A stretch of 64,000 bases of DNA from Octopus vulgaris (taxonomy: Eukaryota): positions 52,762,001-52,826,000 of the forward strand of contig OX597823.1 in NCBI GenBank assembly GCA_951406725.2, read 5' to 3'. Under the pieces are notes generated by a model. That model made no database searches. It saw only the letters and a list, made by a program, of their open reading frames with translations, and was not told where the DNA came from. Below are positions 12,879 to 25,125 of the stretch, piece after piece. Numbering within the stretch: position 1 is the stretch's first letter; every line of letters starts with the position of its first letter. The position numbers were made by a program, and so were the translations under genes.

Positions 12879-13411
12879 TAAATTAGAGATAAAACCACTA
12901 TTAGGCAAATCAAACAATAAAAAACATAAGCCAATACATAAAATTAATTAATTTATATTATTTTAAATATATATCAAAAGTATTAAAAGTTTAATAAAAG
13001 ATAAAGAGTAAAACACTACGATCGTTTCATGGCTGTACAATTCGTAATAATTCAAGTTATGGTTACAGTCAATCTTCAGGTAATTGAAATATTTATCTTA
13101 GCGAGGTTTAGCAATGAACTAAAATTTAATAATAATAATATTAAGGAGTAAATCCAAACTTACAGGGAAAAATTAGATTTAGGATTAAATCTAATTTCAC
13201 AGTAAAATATAGATTAAATTAGAGATAAAACCACTATTAGGTAAATCAAACAGTGAAAAGCATAAACCAAAACATAAAAATAAAAATAATTAATATAATA
13301 TGCAAAATACAAAATACATAATGTAAATATATTAATTATTTTTATTTTTATGTTTTGGTTTATGTTTTTCAATGTTTGATTTGCCTAATAGGTTTTATCT
13401 CTAATTTAATA
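12873..13411 (-). mobile_element. Non-autonomous Penelope-like element: direct plus inverted terminal repeats with a hammerhead
   Basis: ttaaattagagataaaaccactattagg..aatcaaac at ~12878 and ~13214 (direct), inverted at ~13330-13410; (TA)n on both sides; hammerhead at 13012-13084. Confidence 0.75.
13012..13084 (-). ncRNA. Minimal type-I hammerhead ribozyme
   Basis: Minus: tac-CTGAAGA-t-tgactgta...tacagcca-t-GAAA-CGATCG-TA-gtg; palindromic stem III, GUA triplet. Confidence 0.75.
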
Positions 13412-13421
13412 TATATATGTA

Positions 13422-13528
13422 TATATAGCTATGACAATACATATTCTAAAATTGGAATGATACAGAGAAGATAAGCATAGCTCCTGTGCAAGAATGACAC
13501 ATGAATTCGTGAGGCATTCCATATTTCT
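13422..13528 (+). pseudogene. RNU6: U6 snRNA pseudogene (near full length, diverged)
   Basis: acatattctaaaattggaatgatacagagaagataagcatagctcctgtgcaagaatgacacatgaattcgtgaggcattccatatttct aligns collinearly with canonical U6 incl. ACAGAGA box; many CpG-type substitutions; no upstream PSE/TATA recognised. Confidence 0.92.
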
Positions 13529-13533
13529 ATGTG

Positions 13534-13820
13534 AAGGTACATGGCTCAATGGTTAGCATGACAAGCTTATGATCGTGTGCTTGTGAGTTCAATTCCCAGA
13601 CTGGGCTGTGTGTTGTGTTCTTGAGCAAGGCACTTTACTTCATGCTGCTCCAGTTCACTCAGCTGTAGAAATGAGCTGCAATGTCACTGGTGCCAAGTTG
13701 TATCGGGCTTTGCCTTTCCCATAGATAACACCAGTAGCATGGAGAGAGGAGGCTGATATGCATAAGTGACTGCTGGTCTTCAATAATTAACCTTACCCAG
13801 ACTTGTGCCTAGGAAGGATA
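13534..13820 (+). mobile_element. tRNA-derived SINE (family D) directly downstream of the U6 copy
   Basis: tggctcaatggttag (A box), gagttcaattccc (B box), cttgagcaaggcacttt..ctccagttcactcagctgta; related copy at 50889-51180. Confidence 0.8.
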
Positions 13821-14674
13821 TGTACCTTTGTATGCATACTTAGAAAAAGCTGTTTACGCACCAAGTTAAATTTTCATTATATCCAGTTTCAAACCGAATG
13901 TCATTTGCCAGGATTCAAGACAACATCAACTAACTAATCTACTACCATTTGTTGGCATCCTTTTGTCTCGGGAGACAATGGATTGCGCATAAAATCAGTT
14001 TTGTAAAGGCCTGGGCTAGATATAAGAAAATCTTGGGTAGCCCAATCATTAGGATTCCTCTCTCTATTATGCTGACATAGTTCAAAGGAGTGCAGAGCAT
14101 TACGTTTGGCATCAGCATGGCCACAGTCTAATGACGGAAATAAATAAAAACATCCCCCCCCAAATAAAACGAACAAAAAACAAAGAGGGAAACTGTAAAA
14201 GTTTGTCAGATAGATCTTACCTGTAATTAACTGGTGATGAAGTCATTGATAACCTCGTACTCTATGAGGAGCAAGAGGCTTAAATAAGTCAGTAGTGAAT
14301 TATGCCCAAGTCAGCATTTTTCCGTTGCTATAAGCTTAAATATGTATAGGGTATAAAAATCAAGCCACTGGGTCTATTGATCCCAGTTTTGTGAAATAAG
14401 TTATCAGGTCAATGATTGGTTGTTTGGTAGATGTCCTATTGATGTTAATACATTTCTCTGTGCTCTATGAATGAGAAATAAGTGTATATAATCATTGAAG
14501 ATCTGTTTCAGTAGAAAGATATGATTCTGAAACTATCACAAGAATATAACGATAGTTATCTTCATCATCACTATCATCATCATCGTTGACGTCGTTATCG
14601 TCATCATCATCATATGCCTCATCAGCATCAGCATCAGCATCATCATCGTCATCATCATCATCATCATCAATATC

Positions 14675-14899
14675 TATTTCTTTACTACCCACAAGGGGCT
14701 AAATGCAGAGAGGACAGACAAACGGATTAAGTTGATTACATCGACCCCAGTGCATAACTGGTACTTATTTAATCGACCCCCGAAAAGGATGAAAGACAAA
14801 GCTGACCTCGGCGGAATTTGAACTCAGAACGTAGCGGCAGACGAACCACTGCTAAGCATTTCGCCCGGCGTGCTAATGTTTCTACCAGCTCACCACCTT
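14675..14899 (-). mobile_element. SINE family A, full length
   Basis: Complete head-to-tail match with 38195-38425. Confidence 0.9.
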
Positions 14900-15324
14900 A
14901 ATCACCATTATCTCCATGTGGTAGCACAACCACCAAGAAATAGTGAATTAATTACCCTCAGACTACAATTTCACATCTTTAAAAAAAAAAAAAGAAGATA
15001 TCCAGTGAAATGAAGTTCTGGAGATAGTGCCTGAGAGAAAGAGGCAGAATAGTCATGACTGGAAAGCTTCAATAATCTGTCTGCTTGAGAAAAATTGTCC
15101 TCAGGCTAAACGACAACAATAAAACAAATCAACATTTTAATATTCTTACATTTGTATGTTGGCTTAAGTTGGAAAGGTTCACCAAAGACAAGATTTTATC
15201 TGTCTATCTTTCTATCTCTATCTGTCTACTTACCTATCTATCTATCTAACTCTCTCTCTCTCTCTTTCTCTCTCTCTATCTATCTATCTATCTGTATGTA
15301 TGTGTATATGTGTGTGTGTTTGTG

Positions 15325-15408
<84 letters not shown>

Positions 15409-16379
15409 TGTATATATTTATATATATCTGGAGAGAGAGAGGGTGAGGGATGGAAAGAGGAAGAGACAGGTTGGCATATAACTAGAAAGATATAGATAGA
15501 TGTATATGTATATATATAACTCTGTGTGTGGGTGTTTATATATATATATATATATATACAAGTATAGTTTGTATGCATGTGTGTATGTATGTGTGCGTGT
15601 GTACCTATATATATGTACAAATATACATGTGTATATATCATCTTCGTTATTTAACATCTATTTTCCATGCTGGCTTGGACTGGACAGTTCAACAGGTATT
15701 GGTAAGCCAGAACACTGTACCAAGCTTTACTGTTGTTGTTGTATGGTTTCTACAGCTGGATACCTTTCCCAACACCAACCACTTTACAGAGTGGCACTGG
15801 GGTCTTTTTATGTGGCACCACCTACGGTGAGGTCACCAAGTAACTTGCAACACAAGACCCCTAAATTCAGGTGGGTAGTAGTATAGAAGGAGATGGTTTT
15901 GTGTGCCAGGTGATAAGAAGCTAGAGGGACAGAAGTTAAAGGGATAGAAATAAGGGTTTTGCAATATAGGAGACACATGGCTACCACCACGATTGGGTAA
16001 AGAGAGGGAGAGAGAGAGAGAGAGAGAGAGAGCAAGGGAGAGAGAGTGCAAGGGAGAGAGCGAGAGAGTGAGAGTATGAGAGAGATAAGATGGCATATAT
16101 ATATCTATATATATATATATTCTTATATTCTTTTATTTGTTTCAGTCATTTGACTGTGGCCATGCTGGAGCACCACCTTTAAAGACATATATATATATAT
16201 ATATGAAAGAGATGAGGACTGAAATCCTTCAAAGGGATGTCAAACATTCAAGTCCACTGGTATATTCTAAGTAAAGAATTTATATAAAAATATTTATTCA
16301 GCATTTCCAAAACCAATAAATGAAGTATAAGGAAAGGAAAAATTGTAGGTGTTTATATGTATATAAATATATGTATATG

Positions 16380-17236
16380 CAGGGTGCAATGGGTAAACTG
16401 CTGCCAATTTATACTTTTAATTTTACACATGCACATTGTTTGCTTTTGATTTTGTCAACTACACAGTATAGTAGGGTCAGCACCATGACGCAATTCACTC
16501 TGCCAGAAATTTAGAAACAACATGCTGTACTGCTTAGCATTTGCATCAGAAGCACCAATACAAATATTTCAGAGTGTTTGGGTGCCAATCTGAGTATTTG
16601 CCATCTTCCCAAAACATGTACCGAGAATGATAAAAATCAAACATCCAGTCAACATCATGGTGTTTGGAGTCATCACTAGTGATGGTGACATTATGCCTCT
16701 ATTCATCTTCCCACACAGCATCAGACTCAACACAGAGGCCTACATCAAGAGCCTGGAAGTGGTAGTGCTGCCCTTGGTCAACAGGGTGGCTGCTGGAAGA
16801 CCCTATGTCTGGCAACAGGACCCTGCACCATGCCACACAAGCAGGAGTACCCAGTCATGGCTGTCAGACAATTTCTGCAACCACATTACCCATAACATTT
16901 GACCACTTAACTCCCCAGGTTGCAACCCCCTTGATTATTATGTGGGCTGCATGGTTGAGCGAGAGACCAACAAAACTTGTAACACCAAAGATGAACTAAT
17001 GGCAAAGATAATGGCAACATTCACCAACTTAAATAAAGAGACTGTCCAGAAGAGTTACAGGAGATTCCAAAGTCGTCTGGAGGCCATAGTTGAAGCCAAT
17101 GGGGATTTCATTGAATAAATTTACTCTTTAATATTTCAAGATATTTTTATGTAATTTTGATGAATGTTAAAAATGGAATGTCAGTGTTATTTTCATTTTT
17201 GTGTAATTTAGATGACAGTTAATTCACCATACCCTG
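16380..17236 (+). mobile_element. Internally deleted maT-type (DD37D) Tc1/mariner transposon
   Basis: TIRs CAGGGTG..GGTAAACTG / CAGTTAATTCACCATACCCTG|TA; peptide KHPVNIMVFGVITSDG...WQQDPAPCH...(W)PLNSPGCNPLDYY with 37 residues between second and third D; stop and frameshift present. Confidence 0.88.
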
Positions 17237-17244
17237 TATATATA

Positions 17245-18656
17245 CACAGACATGACAGAAGCATATAGACACACTCATAATCATAAAAAGTTATTTAATC
17301 AGAAAATATACATTCAAATTATTTATTAATTGTTATATTGTAAATACTTATCTTTATCTTTATCTAGTTTCAGCTCACAAGCTGTGGCCATGCTGGGGCA
17401 CCGCCATTTGGTGTTGCTACATGATTTTACTTCACGAATGCTTTTTAGCAACTGCTATTTGGTGCATGAGAGAGTTCGATGCAGCTGCCCTCATCTGCAC
17501 CTCCTACTGTGAAGTTGGTTCATCTGGGACACCTGACAAGAAGAGATCCAGTTTTATTTTAAAGACATCTGCATCCACCCCATGCAGGTCTCTTAGGTTC
17601 TTCGGGAGGATATTGAAGAGCTGTGGGCCTCGGAAGCCCAGGCTATCACAGTATCTCGTCCTACATCTTGATGGCAAATTTGGAGCCCTTGGCACTATGC
17701 AGTGGCGCCCAGTTCTGGTATTTGTGTAACTCTCGATGCCAAAGTTTGAGACAAGTCCTTCTAGGATCTTCCAGATGTATATTATGGCATATCTTTCTCG
17801 CCTACACTCCAAGGAATAGAGTCTTAATCTCTTGAGTCTTTCCCAGTAGCTTATATGCTGCACAGAGGCTATCTTCTTCGTGTAGCTTCGTTGCGGAATT
17901 TTTTACCAAGTTTCGTGCAGTAATCTCAAAAGATCTGGCTTTGAAGATACTTTCTTGTCCTGTCCATTATGTCTCAGAGGTGTTCAATAAGGTTCATATC
18001 TAGTGACTGGCTTGGCCATGGAAGCTTTTTAATGCCATTCAATCCAACAAATCTTGGGTCATTTTAGCCATCTAACGAGGAGGCCCCATCTTCTGTAAAT
18101 AAAGAGACTTCTTTAATCATTTCAGCACTGGAGAAGATTGGAAGGAGTCCTTTCTGCTATATGGCCAATATTTATCTGAGTTTATGTTTCCCTCACACTC
18201 CACCAGCTCTTATTGATCATTGCTCCAAATTGCTCAAAGATCATCACAGAATAGCTGCCGTGTTTCATTGTCAGCTACAATCTTTTTAACATTAAATTCT
18301 TGATTACAGAGTCTCCATACCCACACTCGACCACTGTCAGGAAATACAGCAAATCTGGACTCTTCAGAGAATATGACAGTGTCCCAAAATGCTATTGGCT
18401 TCTTCACCATCTCAATCTTTTTCAATCTTTTACCAATCTTTTACACTGACTATATCCACCTTCAGAATGACTCACAATATGGCCTCCTTGAAATTCAGAC
18501 AGTTCCAAGGCTTCTTTTGTACATGGTATGATTAAAAAGTCACATATAGAATCTGAAACTTAAAAATGTCAATTAATAAAAAATCTAAACGTTTACAAGT
18601 TAGAATAAACAGAAAACGATGTTTTATAATGTGTCTGTTTACTTCTGTCATGCCTC

Positions 18657-18658
<2 letters not shown>
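17245..18658 (-). mobile_element. Degenerate Tc1 transposon interrupted by a LINE
   Basis: TIRs catgacagaagcatatagacac (~17251) / gtgtctgtttacttctgtcatg (~18631-18652); peptide FWDTVIFSEESRFAVFPDSGRVWVWR. Confidence 0.8.
17347..17892 (-). mobile_element. 5'-truncated CR1-group LINE (ORF2 C-terminus, 3' UTR, (AGATAA)n tail)
   Basis: ORF 17504-17863 SYWERLKRLRLYSLECRRERY...GPQLFNILPKNLRD...FKIKLDLFLSGVPDEP, typical post-RT region of CR1-group LINEs; short tandem tail at ~17349-17365. Confidence 0.88.
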
Positions 18659-18687
<29 letters not shown>

Positions 18688-18730
18688 GTGCATGTATGTA
18701 CTTCTGTCATGTCTACATGTGTGTTTATAC

Positions 18731-18765
<35 letters not shown>

Positions 18766-18828
18766 TGTATGCATGTATGCATGCATGTATGTATGTATGT
18801 ATGTTTGTATGTATGTATGTATGTATGT

Positions 18829-19230
18829 ATTTGAGAAAGTGAGTAGAAATGGATTTTCTGATGATTTTTCCACTTTAATAATTAGATGTTTATAGGTTAT
18901 TAGGTGTTCACAAAAGGTGACTCTGATAGGAGTTTCTCACTTAAAAGTGGTTTTCAAACTGATATTTTAGAGTGTTATTCACTGCTTAAATAGGGACTGT
19001 TTAATTACAAACATACTCACATACAAACACCAAAACACACACACACGCACACACACATACACATACATAGAGCAATGTACACACAAACTCTACATTATCA
19101 GTTTGAAAACCGCTTTTAAGCAAGTAAGTCCTATCAGTCACCTTTTGTAAATACCATATAACTTACAAACATCTAATTATTAAAGTGGAAAAAATCATCA
19201 GAAAAGCTATTTCTTTTCATTTTCTCAAAT
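18829..19230. mobile_element. MITE with ~135 bp imperfect TIRs in TA-rich microsatellite
   Basis: atttgagaaag..tttccactttaataattagatgttt..aaaaggtgact..ttcaaactgata mirrored at ~19096-19230; one-armed homolog at 60172-60325. Confidence 0.85.
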
Positions 19231-19273
19231 ATATAATACTGTAACAAGGACTTTCTATTTCTTATTCTATTAG

Positions 19274-19308
<35 letters not shown>

Positions 19309-19321
19309 CATATATATATAA

Positions 19322-19365
<44 letters not shown>

Positions 19366-19369
19366 TTGA

Positions 19370-19600
19370 TCCTTCTTGAGCCATGCCTGGCTCATAAGGA
19401 CCAGTTTACTTGGCGTATAGGTTCTCCACATGGACGGGACGCTGGTATGTTGCAGGTGAGATGCAAGATGCAGGAGGAAAGAGTGAGAGAAAGTTGTGGT
19501 GAAGGAGTCAGCAGAAGTTCGCCATTAACCTTCTGCAGGAACTGCATGGAGCTTAGGTGTTTTCGCTCATAAACATACATATCGCCCAGTCTGAGATTCT
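19370..19600 (-). mobile_element. SINE family C fragment
   Basis: Homologous to 5940-6180. Confidence 0.8.
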
Positions 19601-21808
19601 AGTAATATAGATATGCTACATCTCAGTCAACAACAATTGTCTACTTGAGTGGGTCAGGATACCACAAAAATCAACTTAAAAAATTACTTAACAGATCCTA
19701 TCAGGTGGTGCTGTGAAGTTAGACATGGCCTGAGCCAAGTTTTAGCTGAAATATTTTTAGCTGAAAGTTTTATAAGTTTTATATATTTAAGGTTTATATA
19801 TCATATCAATGGACATAGGTTTAATTAGCTGCCTGAAAAAATTTCTTGAATTAGTTTTCTTTTTTCCATCTTCCCTACTGTGCTACAAATAATGGTTATC
19901 AGTTACATTAGTTTAAATTTAGCCATAATACACATTTGATAAAGACCTCTTATATGTATAAGTTCCTAACTTCAATAGTTTGTTCTACAATGATTTTTTT
20001 GTTTTCTTTCTAAAAATAGTGATACAACTAACCTATCGATCTGTTCTGGCTATGCAATTTTGTTAATAGACTGTTCGTTCTACAATATACAATCAAACTT
20101 TTGAATCAATTCATGTAATTTTAACGGAACTTTTCATAGAATCTATATAATTTTATATAATTTATCAAATAATTTATTATATAAATATTTTAAATAAATA
20201 TATTTTATACATTTCCTTGTATGCTTTTGCTATTGGCCACATTTAGTCTAGTATGGATAGGAATATCTTGAAATTTTAAATATTCACTTACTTAGGAAAT
20301 AGCTGGAGAAAATCTTGTGTTCTTATTAATGTTATTTGCTTGGCTCTATCATTATTTATCTATCAATTTTTTCCCTAAGCATTATTAGAATTTGATGATA
20401 ATATATAAAATTATGAGAATTTCATATTCAGCTAAAATTCTCTTTAACTTTTGAATGAAATTTATTTGTATTCCTACACTAGTCTGCATTATTCCCTAAA
20501 TACTTAAGAATATTTCTCTCTAAAGTAACATTTAGAACTTCAGAAAAACAGGATCAGTGAAAAGATCAATTACAAAGCATCTTTTTACTTGGTGGGTATT
20601 CTCTTTGTATTTGATACAAACACAGTTTGGTTCCAGTGAGTCATGCACCATTTTATGTTCACTGCTAGCAGCTGTAGACAAAAGAATTACAAGAGATATT
20701 TATCAGTGATCCCTTAGCCTTAACATTTAAAATCTATTAAAACAATAATACCGAAGGTTCCTGATGACCACCACCACCTCCAAAACCACCACCACCACCT
20801 CCAACACCAACACCACCAGTAACGATACACCTTCTAGCAGTCATAGTATTGAAATTGGTAACATGTTGAGTAAGAACTTGGCACTTTTCTTATGGTCAAC
20901 ATTAATTCAACAACCCTTTTACAAAACATTTCAGGCTGTCAATACAGAATAAAATCCGTCTTCAAACAAATGTCCAAATTGGTCAAGCCTTTGTTATTTT
21001 TCTCCTCCCAGCAAACTATCTTACTTGCAAAGCATTCCCCAAATCCTCCCGAGATCAAATACGCACTAAATCTTTGCTTTATTACTTTCATCCTAAATTA
21101 GAACAAATAAAAATAATTCTTTGCTTAATTCCCTATGTTACTACAAATGAAATAACAGCAATTCTTATCAGTTTTTTTTGTTTTTGTTTTTGTTTTTTTA
21201 CAGAAAATGTTCAAGGAAATTGGCTAAATTGTTATAATATGAAATGCTAATGTGTACGATAATACATAATGTAATTACCTTCATAAAATCTTCAACTGTT
21301 AGTTCTCTACATGTGTGTTGAGATGAAAGAAAGAGGCTCTGGGTTATTTCACCACAGAGATTTAATTTTTCTCATAGGCCTGGTTAGTAATCAACTAATA
21401 TCGAAATACCAAAGAATTTCAATATCTACTATTAAGAGATGAATTAAAAGATTACTACTTTTATTTATTCATAACTAACATCTTCATTTTCCTTTCATCT
21501 CTTCTTCCATGTTAGATTAAGTTAAAATTTCTCCATATTAGTTTCAGTTAAACTGTACTATTTAACCATTTATAACAACAATTCAGGAATACTTCAAGAC
21601 AGGATGTTGTTGTCATTGTGAAAATGTTGACATGCCAATAGTGACATGTCTCTTAATTCTCAGCCAAACTACTGACTTTACCAAGAGCACATATTTTCTT
21701 TGATTATTCCTAGATAAGTAAATATTGAAGATTTCAAGACTTTCAGTTTCTTATAAAAATGAAAGGGTTAGTAAACTAGAGAGCAGTCAAATACAGGACC
21801 CATTTTAA

Positions 21809-22028
21809 CCCTTTCATTACTGAATTTATTTTGAGATGCTCAGTGTTTCTTCCAATTATGTTAAATATAACAAAGAATTAAGTAAAATAACATCGTTATC
21901 ATTAAGCTAGTGTTAGGGACATAAATTTGACTAAGGTTTGGTGGAAGGTTTTAATTCAGAACTTTTGAAAACCAGACATTTGTACAAAAGAGCCAGAGCC
22001 AGTTTCAGCCAGGTTGGTAACGAAAGGG
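21809..22028. mobile_element. TTAA-flanked MITE (piggyBac-type)
   Basis: TTAA|CCCTTTCATTAC...GTAACGAAAGGG|TTAA. Confidence 0.85.
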
Positions 22029-22390
22029 TTAAGTGGCTTCTCCTTCACCTCTCACAATATATATTTTTATTCCATTTGTAACAATCAGTATATTATGAAA
22101 GTATATCTGTTTCCTTTATATTTCATGAATATGCAGCAACAAACTACCAAGTCATAAGCCATATTAAAAACAAAATAGGGGTGAGAGTCACGTATTCTTT
22201 CAGTGGCCATATTCATTTCAGAGTTCTGAGGGGAGTTCAAGATCTTAATGAACCATTACTTGTACAAGACAATAAGGACTCTAAAAGGTTACCCTACTGG
22301 CTAAAATTATCAGCCAAATCATCATCATCATCATCACGACCACGACAACCACATCCTCATCATCACCATATATATATGTATATATATTTG

Positions 22391-22416
<26 letters not shown>

Positions 22417-22424
<8 letters not shown>

Positions 22425-22628
22425 ATTTACAAGATAAGGGCAGAAGGAAAATTCTAATGCCAGATACGCCGAAACAAAAAATTTGTCGATAACCATTAAA
22501 TTTATGCATCTCAAAACAAACCGGTTTGTTTCGAGACGCATAAATTTAATGGTTATCGACAAATTTTTTGTTTCGGCGTATCTGGCATTAGAATTTTTCT
22601 TCTGCCCTTATCTTGTAAATTATGTATA
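22417..22628. repeat. Near-perfect loopless palindrome (~105 bp arms) between (TA)n tracts
   Basis: Centre aaacaaaCCGGtttgttt at 22522/22523; arms differ by a few transitions; each arm has gcc-GAAA-CAAAaaaTTTG-TC-gataa (hammerhead 3' half). Confidence 0.93.
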
Positions 22629-22710
22629 AATTTTACCTTTAAAGGCATTTTTTGATATGCAGGCCATTGATAAAAATTTTTTCGTGAAAAAAATTTTATC
22701 CTATATCAGT

Positions 22711-22759
<49 letters not shown>

Positions 22760-23528
22760 CTAATAGTAAGGGATTATCAATCTAGCAAAATACTTAATAA
22801 ACTCTCTGTTGGCATACCAGGCTAACAGTATTGTTTAGATAAATGAAGGCCTCCAAGTATTCTTATGGTAGGGTCCAAGGTTATGATTCATTATAATCCT
22901 GTACTGTAAATCTGTGGGTGGGCTCCAGACAAACTGGTTTTACAGAATGATGTATAAGACAAAGTATAAATAATGTTAAATAATGTTCATTACATATTTT
23001 TCCTTTATTAGTACAAACAGGTTTATTGAATTTGTCTATTGATCAACTGAGAAAAATTGAACAACCTAAAAAAGTTAATGCTACTTTCTTCAGAGTCATT
23101 TCTGGTTATAACACGGGTAATATATCCAGGCAGGTACTGTTCAAGCACTCAATTAAAATCCAAGTTATGGCTAAGTACATTGAATAGTAAAGGGCACCTA
23201 GAATTATTTGTGGTAAGCAATTCTAATGTATTTCGTATGATGAGTAAATCCTGGGTTTGCTTCATTTGGTTATAAATACGACAATGCCTCAATATATGAG
23301 TTAATTTGTTCCCAGAGACTACTCATAGAGAAACATATCATAAAGTAGAGCAATAATTTCCGATAGCAGCAATGTTATAAATCATAATTCATTCCCAGAA
23401 AAATATTTTACTGATAGAATTTATAATACTCATAAATAAATGGTAATAAAACAACAGTAGAATGTACAGACTATTTTATGTAAAGTAAAAGTAATATCGA
23501 GATCATTTATAATAAAAAATATTATTAT

Positions 23529-23837
23529 TGTGATAGTCCCATGAAAGGGAAGAATGTTACTGCTATTTAGCCCTAGGAAACACCGTTTCCTGCTGGCCAT
23601 GACACATTTTCTGTGTCCTTATGTTTTCAAAGGGAGAGATAAGCACCTCCACCCAGCAAAGCCAGCATCCAGAGACTAGTTTCAGAGTCATTGCTCATCA
23701 TCAGTCTGGAGTAGCATGGCTTACTATCTCCTCCTTTGACAATATAAGGACACAGAAAATGTGTCATGGCCAACAGGAAAAGGTGTTTCCTAGAGCTAAA
23801 TAGCAGTAGCATTCTTCCCTTTCATTGGACTGTCACA
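23529..23837 (-). mobile_element. Rod-like fold-back element with terminal hammerhead ribozyme
   Basis: ~110 bp imperfect inverted arms (tgtgatagtcc..gacacattttctgtgtccttat / ataaggacacagaaaatgtgtc..ggactgtcaca) enclosing the hammerhead. Confidence 0.88.
23668..23710 (-). ncRNA. Type-I hammerhead ribozyme, intact core
   Basis: Minus: TCCAGA-CTGATGA-t-gag-caatga-ctc-t-GAAA-CTAG-TC-TCTGGA; 6 bp stem I, palindromic stem III (ACUAGU), GUC triplet, predicted cut between 23674 and 23673. Confidence 0.88.
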
Positions 23838-24286
23838 TTAAGTTGACAACATACCATCACTTTATCGTGCTGCTACTGTATAAATCTCTCTGAGAGATTT
23901 AGAAATGTAATATTAATATTGTTATCATTATTATTATAATCGTTTTCTGCATCACTTTCGTTTGCACTAGACTCAGTCGTACCATCACTTGTAGATGTGA
24001 TCACTGATTCACAAGCACTCATAGATGGACTTGTAGATTTCTTTTTAAAAAACAAGTCTAGAGTGGTTGGAACACTTCTGATCACAAAGTCTGCACTATC
24101 TGACCTTAGACAAATTAACAACAATGATAATAACTTTAGCAACAATGATTAAGCAATTAATTAAATAGATACATTCTTACATAAACAACGCAGATTAAAC
24201 TCATTATGAACAGAATAATTAACATTTAGAATATATTTCAGAGATATTTTCTCCAAAAACAAACCAATAGTAACTTAATAACATAT

Positions 24287-24501
24287 TGGTTTCAAATGTT
24301 GGCACAAGGCCAGCAATTTCGTAGAAGTGGGTAAGTCAATTACATTGATCTCAGTGTTCAAGTAGTACTCATTTTATCGACCCCTGAAAGGATGAAAGGC
24401 AAAGTTAATCTTGATGGAATTTAAACTCAGAACGTAAAGTGGGTTGAAATGCCACTGGCATTTTACACAGCATGCTAACAATTCTGCCAGCTCACTACCT
24501 T
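24287..24501 (-). mobile_element. SINE family A
   Basis: Core and head motifs present. Confidence 0.8.
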
Positions 24502-24734
24502 ATCACTTAACAACATATTAAATAGCCTTACAATGCAAAGCGTATTTTATCTGTTATATATGATACAAATTGTGAACAGACTGAAACAAACACCATATCT
24601 CCCTAAATTCGAATTAAGTTGAATTGGTGGTCAAGCATAGTAAATAAAATTAAGCTACAAAAGTAGAAATGTTGAAGAGATTTAAAAATTATAATGAATT
24701 GATGTCCCTTGCAAAATATATAATCATAATAAGT

Positions 24735-25100
24735 AGGCACCGATATGGCTGTGTGGTATGAAGCTTGCTTCCCAACCACATGGTTCCAGGTTCAGTCCCA
24801 TTGTGTGGCACCTTGTGAGTGGATTTGGAAGGCAGAAACTAAAAGAAGGTGGCGAGCTGGCAGAAACGTTAGCACACTGAGCGAAATGCTTGGCGGTATT
24901 TCATCTGCCGCTACATTCTGAGTTCAAATTCTGCTGAGGCTGACTTTGCCTTTCATCCTTTCAGGGTCAATTAAACAAGTACCAGTTATGCACTGGGGTC
25001 GATCTAATCGACTTGATCCCTTTGTCTGTCCTTGTTTGTCCCCTCTATGTTTAGCCCCTTGTGGGCAATAAAGAAATAAGAAACTGGAAGAGGCCCATTA
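24735..25100 (+). mobile_element. SINE family B interrupted by a full-length family A SINE (24846-25080)
   Basis: Family B head stops at agaaactaaaagaagg and resumes at agaaactggaagagg (duplicated target). Confidence 0.85.
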
Positions 25101-25125
25101 TATATATATATATATTTTTTTTTAG

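Larger units (their letters stand above)
22780..24104 (-). pseudogene. Possible decayed coding exon (stops/frameshifts), interrupted by the 23529-23837 element
   Basis: Acceptor ttgttaatttgtctaAG at 24105; 77-codon open stretch SDSADFVIRSVPTTLD...; further protein-like frames with isolated stops; product not recognised. Confidence 0.25.

Noticed and set aside
13422-13528. Functional U6 gene
   Set aside because: 5' stem-loop degraded, many substitutions, interrupted T-run terminator and no recognisable upstream promoter.
23873-24145. Apparent secreted protein with signal peptide (MLLKLLSLLLICL)
   Set aside because: Starts at TTG; the hydrophobic stretch is better explained as a polypyrimidine tract before an acceptor at 24105.
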